Shown: piece by piece, positions 58,086-64,000 of the stretch
How the letters are laid out: each line of letters starts with the position of its first letter
How positions within the stretch are numbered: the first letter of the stretch is position 1
Assembly: GCA_002269645.1 (NCBI GenBank)
Contig: NIVC01001141.1
Coordinates: forward strand, 127,711 to 191,710
Direction of reading: 5' to 3'
DNA from: Macrostomum lignano
Lineage: Eukaryota
Length of the DNA stretch: 64,000 bases
The notes under the pieces: generated by a model
Told to the model about the DNA's origin: nothing
What the model saw: only the letters and a program-made list of their open reading frames with translations
Databases searched by the model: none
Position numbers and translations under genes: made by a program

Positions 58086-61000
58086 TTTTCACTCGGCTTA
58101 GTATTTAACAGTCTGTCTCACCTCGGCCTAGAGAAGCTTTAATGGCATTTGTTCTTCTCTTTATATGGTAGCAAGATAAGTGTACACTGCTAACTGCTTT
58201 GTACACCCTCCGTGCAGAGATATGACACTCTACGCTCGTACACTGTTGCGAGAATATGAAAATTAGCTAATAATCTTCAAGTATGTCTGTTTATGCACCT
58301 GGCTGAGCCTATACTGTGCCCTGCTGCAGCTACAACTCTTGCACCCCCATTAGCTGACCTGCCCTTCGCCACCACGATTCTGCTATTCCAAGACAGTTTT
58401 CTGTGCAAAGTACTTTAAAGAAAAATGATGCCTTGGGCTTAGCCAATGCTACACTGTCTGCAGTCAGCCACTGTGCAGGATGCAGGATTGGATGCAGGAC
58501 TACCCTTTCAAAGCAAAAGCCGTTTTGGAGTCTTTATTGTAGTTTAAAGAAGCCAGAGAGCTAAAGGGCTTGAGATCCACTTATGAATTGCGCTGAAAAT
58601 TAAAGAGGACAGAAAGCAGCCGGTCGTGCTGGGCAGGAAGCTCTCAGTCCAAAGGCGATCCTTCTTTAGAAAGTTCGGCACAAAGGGAGATCGGGATAGG
58701 GAAGGGGACAGCGCGGGCGCCCTGCTGCAGCTCACTCGACCATATCTATCGCTACGAGACAGCCGGTTGCTGTCTTATAAAAAATCTGGCAAGCAATTAT
58801 AGAGCGGCCATTCCGATGGAAGACACTGCAGTGAACCTGGTAGGCATGTTTGAGGCCATAAAGCTGGATGTGGGTGGCTATTATCTTTTTATTCCCATTT
58901 TCATTGATGGGAGAATATTGAATTCTGCATTCTCTAGGTGTTTTATTGATGCAGCATCCCAAAATAAACTCTGCCAAGCCTTGGAAGTGAAAAGTACAAA
59001 AAGATCTTCTCAATGGAGAGAGGAGGTACGGGCAGAGCACAAGCAAATTTATGCTCTGCATGCCCTAGCACTCAGCCTAGCGGAGATTCGCTTACCTGAA
59101 CTATTATAATGTCCGCTGCTGCAATACCTCCGCGTGCCAAAGCTAGCATGCAGTGCTCAACAGCCCCGCTGCCGCTCATTAAGACAGAGTAGAAGCTGCT
59201 CTACTGAGCAACTGCAGGTCAGACGAACTCTGCCCAGCCGAGTCCCCGTGCCCCCCCCCCACCCTGGCCCGAGCGGCCCAGCCAGCGGAGGAAAAGGCAG
59301 TGTCTTCCGTTTCGTGAGGCAATTTCCCGTTTTCACGCGTAATGCGAAGTGACGCGCCTTCCCTCCTCTGTCGCGGGTGCGAGAGAGGGGCAGCTGAGAC
59401 AGGCAGAGAAATAGGCCTCCACAGCGGCTGCAGCTGAAGGGATGATGCTTGGATTCCAGAGCCTCCAGTCCGATGCAGGAGTTAATCCGATTGTGTGTCA
59501 TAAGTTGAGAGCAGGCATCACGGGATCTCGCTGAGCTCCCTCTCGAGTTGCAGCGCCTTCAAGTCGTGCAGAATTCTTATTAGTAGATTTCTTTTGAATT
59601 CACAGTCAGTTATTTCGGCAAAAATACAAATTATAGCCCATGTCCCTCTTGAGCGAAGCCGTTGCCTTGTTTGAGTCCGGTGCTCTGAGCAGGGGGTGTC
59701 GGGTTGCTCTCGTGTTGAAGTGGCTCGCAGCTCCAGCCGGAATTCACGCCGGGAGAAAATTTTGAAGCCGCTGTGCTGCACTTTCTCTCAACCAACGAGT
59801 CCAGAGACTCGTGAGGGGCTCAGAAATTCTCATCAGCTTTTCTGTCCCCTGAAGTTCCGCCCCATCCCCTGTGTCCCTGGGGTGAGGCCGCCGGATTAAG
59901 CTGAAATCGGGAGCAGATTAGTGACAACTTCGCCCGGGGCGGGCCGCCAGCCTCAAAGCAAATTGGGATTAACTTCATCGCGAACGCCGCTCAGGACTGC
60001 GTGATGAAGATGCAAACTTTTATAACTCGCAGGGCTGGCTAAGCATGCGGCTGACTCTATCTCGGAGCAAATTACGCCCACATCGACTCAAGGATTTTTG
60101 TAGTGTAGGAGACGTGAAAGACGGAGGAGCTCTCTGAAGGCTCTCAGCTTTAAAATGAGTTCTCATGCTCAAAAACGCTTTCTCAATGCATGGGCGGGCA
60201 GAGCAATTTTTCGTTCCTAGAGTAGCTGCTATGATCGGAATCTCTTTGGAGAATCTCCCGCCTAAGACTGATGGGACTTTTAAAGCTGCCCCATCGTGAT
60301 GGCCGAGCGCGGGCTAATTTACCGATCTCTGCTCTTGCATGATCTGTAGCTCGAGAGTTTGAGAAGACAGACAGACAGAAACTAGGAGAAAGTGGAAGAG
60401 GCACAGGCAGCTTCTTGGGGAGGGCAAGCGACCTATTACTAGAGACCGTCACTCCAGCGCGCTGCCGGTGTTCCCGCAGTGGTCCGCTAGTCTGGGACTT
60501 CGGAGGGGGAGGCAACTCGCGTGTCGCCGTGAGCAGGCTGGGATAGATGAACAGGGAGTGGGCTGCATGCTGCCACTCCCACTTGCCTCTGAGTCTCCCG
60601 GCAGGCCTCAAATTCAAAGTTGGGTGCGCTGGCCCGGGAGAGGGCTGAGGTTTCTCCGGAGCAGCAGGGCAGGGCAGGCGGCCAAAGAGATTCCTGAGGG
60701 AGGGGGAATCGCAGCAGCCTTCGCGACTCTTCCGCCGCCCCACCCGGGCTGGCAAACAGAGTGAAAGTACGAGCAGCGCTAGGCCCCCTTCGCTGCCATT
60801 CGACTCCGTATGGCACGGCGGGCTTCAATATTAATTTCATGCCACGGGTCATGCAGCTCTCCTTATGACTGTCGGTGCTTCATTTTCTTCTGCTCGGCGC
60901 TCGGTCCGCATGAGCCTGGCTCTGCTGAAAGTCATCGGTCTCGATTAATCCTTGATGTAGAAGCGCGCTATGAGCTTGTGGCCAAAGCCTGTGTAAAAGC

Positions 61001-62264
61001 CGAGACCAACAATGGAGACAAAAGTGCAAGTCTGGGGTTTCGGGGAACTAATGAAATCAGTGCGATAAAGCTCAGCTGCTCAAACTAGCTCGAGGTGGTC
61101 GGCCTGAGCGGCAATAATTATTCAATTATTTCGGCTTTACCGCTCGCTGGAGCCACCCGGCCCGTGGACTAAATGCATTAGTAGTAAAAGTGCACCGAAG
61201 GGTGACCGCTACTGAAAGCGCACCGCGTCGGCTAGGAGAAACTGCGGATCGTGTCTGACTCTGCGCTAACATGCCAAGGGCTCCAGCGAAAAGTGCCAGA
61301 CCTGCCTGTTGCCGACTTCGTTGTGCTGGTTCCCAGTCCGCGAGAATCTGTCGTCAGGGCTTTGCTAATTGGCTTCGCCCGCCTTATGCGGACGACTTCC
61401 TGCCGGCTGCATTCCTCTTGCGGGAGGGGATTGTCGCTTGAATAATCTTTCTCTTGTTTACCTGTCAGGCTGCGAATCTTTTAGGGGTGTTAGGAGAGGC
61501 TGGGGCTGAGGTGCCGGCCAGGCAGAACACAGAACCATTAGGGAGTACTCTGCAGATAAGCAAGAATTTCCCAGCTGCCTTGTTCCAGGAATTCAGCTGC
61601 GCCATCTGTATCCAACTGTCTTCCTGCGTCGAAACTGAATACAAGGCACCTTGCTGGCTTTCTGCTGAGCAAAAAAAATTCAGCATAGCATGAACAGCTC
61701 CCTCAGGCTTTGCACTAACACTGAGTTCTCAGATTCTGCTGCGAGTTTCCCACTGAGCCATCGATCACTGCAACAACAATGGGAAGGCGGGTTGTGGCGA
61801 CCGCTCGCTGGGGGGACAGAGGGCAAGGGGAGACCCTGCCCGTCCGCTCCGGATCGCACCGGTTTCCCTGCGTGAGCGCCACCTCACCTCCGACCGTTCA
61901 TCCCTAAACAGTCTAGCGGGCCAATGGGAGCCGAGCAGGCCCGCGCTGCTCTGCAGCCCCTCCCAGAGGGGGATTCTCCCGCGGCCTTCTGCAGCAACTC
62001 AGCCCGTGACCCGTCCATAGCAGCCTCGCCAAGCCTTTGCGCACAAGCGAGCTGAACGGCTGTACGCCAGTCCCCGCGGGCTGATACTTCAGAGAGTTGG
62101 AATTCGGCACCCGAGCGCCACCGAATTAGCACGGCCATCCAAAGTTTCAGCGGGAATTCAGACACCGACAGCTCGGATCACCGGCCTGGTCCCAGGGTTT
62201 TCCGTCCTCTGTGCGGCAGTTGCAGCGAGGCCTCCAGCCGACCAAAGCCGCATGGGCGTCGGGG

Positions 62265-62678
62265 CCCGCGATCGCGCCAGCAGAAGCCGCTAGCCTCCGT
62301 CTGAGGCGCCCGCGATCGCGCCAGCAGAAGCCGCTAGCCTCCGTCTGAGGCGCCCGCGATCGCGCCAGCAGAAGCCGCTAGCCTCCGTCTGAGGCGCCCG
62401 CGATCGCGCCAGCAGAAGCCGCTAGCCTCCGTCTGAGGCGCCCGCGATCGCGCCAGCAGAAGCCGCTAGTCTCCATCTGAGGCGCCCGCGATCGTGCCAG
62501 CAGAAGCCGCTAGTCTCCATCTGAGGCGCCCGCGATCGTGCGCAGCAGAAGCCGCTAGTCTCCATCTGAGGCGCCCGCGATCGCGCCAGCAGAAGCCGCT
62601 AGCCTCCGTCTGAGGCGCCCGCGATCGCGCCAGCAGAAGCCGCTAGTCTCCGTCTAAGGCGCCCGAGATGGCGCCAGC
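62265..62678 (+). repeat. 44-bp GC-rich repeat, 9 copies, overlapping the start codon of the ion channel gene
   Basis: Unit CCCGCGATCGCGCCAGCAGAAGCCGCTAGCCTCCGTCTGAGGCG. Confidence 0.95.
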
Positions 62679-63610
62679 GCGGCTGCTCCTGGTTCTGTTG
62701 GCCGTTCTGCTGGCCTGGGTGCAGGTTGCGGACTGCGGCGCCGCACCCAACTACACGAACATCGTGGACCGCATCGTGTTCCACATCTTCCGCGGCTACA
62801 ACAAACACCAGCGGCCCGTGCCCGCTAGCCGGCAGAAGCCGGACGGCACCATAGAAGAGGATTCGACCGACGTGGACGTCAACATGAAGATTCTCAGCAT
62901 CAACAAGGTGGACGTCATCAACATGGAGTTTACGCTGGACATGTACCTGCGTCAGTTCTGGAAGGACACGCGCTACGCTGGGATCATTACAAAGACTTCA
63001 GTTTCTACAACGAGTCCATCGCCATCCCCGCCAAGAAGGAGCACCTGTGGCTTCCAGACCTGTTCTTCCGTAATGGAAAGGAGGGTTACCTGCACAAAAT
63101 GACTCAGCCTAACTATCTGATCAGAGTTGAGCCCGACGGGCAGATCCTGTATTCGCAGAAGGTTACCATGAAGTTCTCGTGCCAGATGCAGTTGCAGACG
63201 TTTCCCATGGACACGCAGACGTGCTTCGTGAACATCGGCAGCTACGGATACACCACGAGGAACCTGCTGTTCAAGTGGAAGCGGGACGGGCTGAAAGACC
63301 CGGTGGAGCTGGACGGCTCCATGCAGATTTCCGAGTTCAACGCGCCCGACTTTGCTGAGAGCCACGACTGCACTCAGGGCAGCGCGACCAGCACAGGGAG
63401 CTACGCGTGCCTGAAGGCGATCTTCAAGCTGGAGCGGCAGCTGGGCAGCTACCTATCCGGTACCTACATCCCCGCCATCCTCATCGTGGCGGTCTCTTGG
63501 CTCAACTTCTGGATCAGTATTGAAGCCGTGCCAGCCAGGGTCTCCCTGGGCCTGCTCACCCTGCTGGGCATCCTCACCCAGGGCATGTCAGTCATCAACA
63601 ACCTGCCCAG
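62668..63610 (+). CDS. Cys-loop ligand-gated chloride channel subunit (GluCl/glycine receptor-like), first coding exon; no later exon identified in the window
   Basis: Signal peptide, YNKHQRP, LWLPDLFF, Cys-loop CQMQLQTFPMDTQTC, second Cys pair, M1, anion-type PARVSLGLLTLL M2, donor GTAGG at 63611; apparent 1-nt deletion near 62978. Confidence 0.93.
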
Positions 63611-64000
63611 GTAGGCCATTCTTAGTCAGCTGTTTTCAAGAAAATTGAGGTTACTTTTATTTCTTAATTGGTGCCTTTTTGAGCATTTGACGGCTCACTG
63701 AAAGTGCCCATCCAGTCTGCTCACTGCGGTCTCTCATGCCAGTTTTCAGTCTTGCCCTGTCAGCAAGTCATGCGCCCGTTTCGCGGGCTCAGGCCCAGAG
63801 CTTGTGGTGCTCAGCTCACCCGATATCTAGAAATCCAGCTCCTCTCCGCTTACTCACGCCTCTCTCGGCATCTTCATTCCCTCCTCAATCCGCGGCTGCA
63901 TAAGTTCAGAAGCGGCCCTAATCCTCAGGCTGAGCCTTCTTTCTCACGGGGACAGGTGAAGAGAGCCCACCAGTGCGATCTCAAATCATTATTTATGCAA

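Noticed and set aside
58560-59110. Short plus-strand ORFs upstream of the aldolase
   Set aside because: No recognisable motifs and uncertain phases.
5920-62985. Programmed frameshifting or pseudogenisation at about 5927, 40316, 54137, 55570, 56047, 57989 and 62978
   Set aside because: All seven are fixed by adding one base at a C/G position, with otherwise intact genes and no slippery heptamer. This is the pattern expected of long-read consensus deletions. Short-read polishing would settle it.
1-64000. CRISPR arrays among the many regular repeats
   Set aside because: Units are contiguous with no unique spacers, no cas genes are present, and the DNA is eukaryotic.

Overview
Eukaryotic (animal) genomic DNA with GC-rich exons, GT-AG introns and dense tandem repeats. 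It most resembles the flatworm Macrostomum lignano, which is an inference from style and not verified. Genes I can reconstruct by hand: a secreted Cys-rich protein; a three-exon gene with three tandem PCIF1/CAPAM-like cap N6-adenosine methyltransferase units (about 1,270 aa, no WW domain); a closely packed minus-strand cluster DGAT1 - MRPL46 - ferrochelatase; a small Cys-rich protein; an ankyrin-repeat plus MAP3K-like kinase; a secreted PAN plus ALK/LTK-type glycine-rich protein; a HOIP-like B-box/NZF fragment; glutaredoxin-3; a class II aldolase; and the 5' exon of an anion-selective Cys-loop channel. The three-gene cluster looks like an SL-trans-spliced operon, and I find no genomic ATG for MRPL46. 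Mobile DNA includes two Penelope fragments (one with a hammerhead ribozyme), a Gypsy remnant, hAT MITEs, two 33-45 bp hAT-like minis, two foldback elements and tRNA-derived SINE-like sequence. Many large introns carry their own private minisatellite, and some arrays appear seeded from splice sites or a start codon. Seven single-base frameshifts at C/G positions are treated as probable long-read consensus errors. All exon models are manual and untested.
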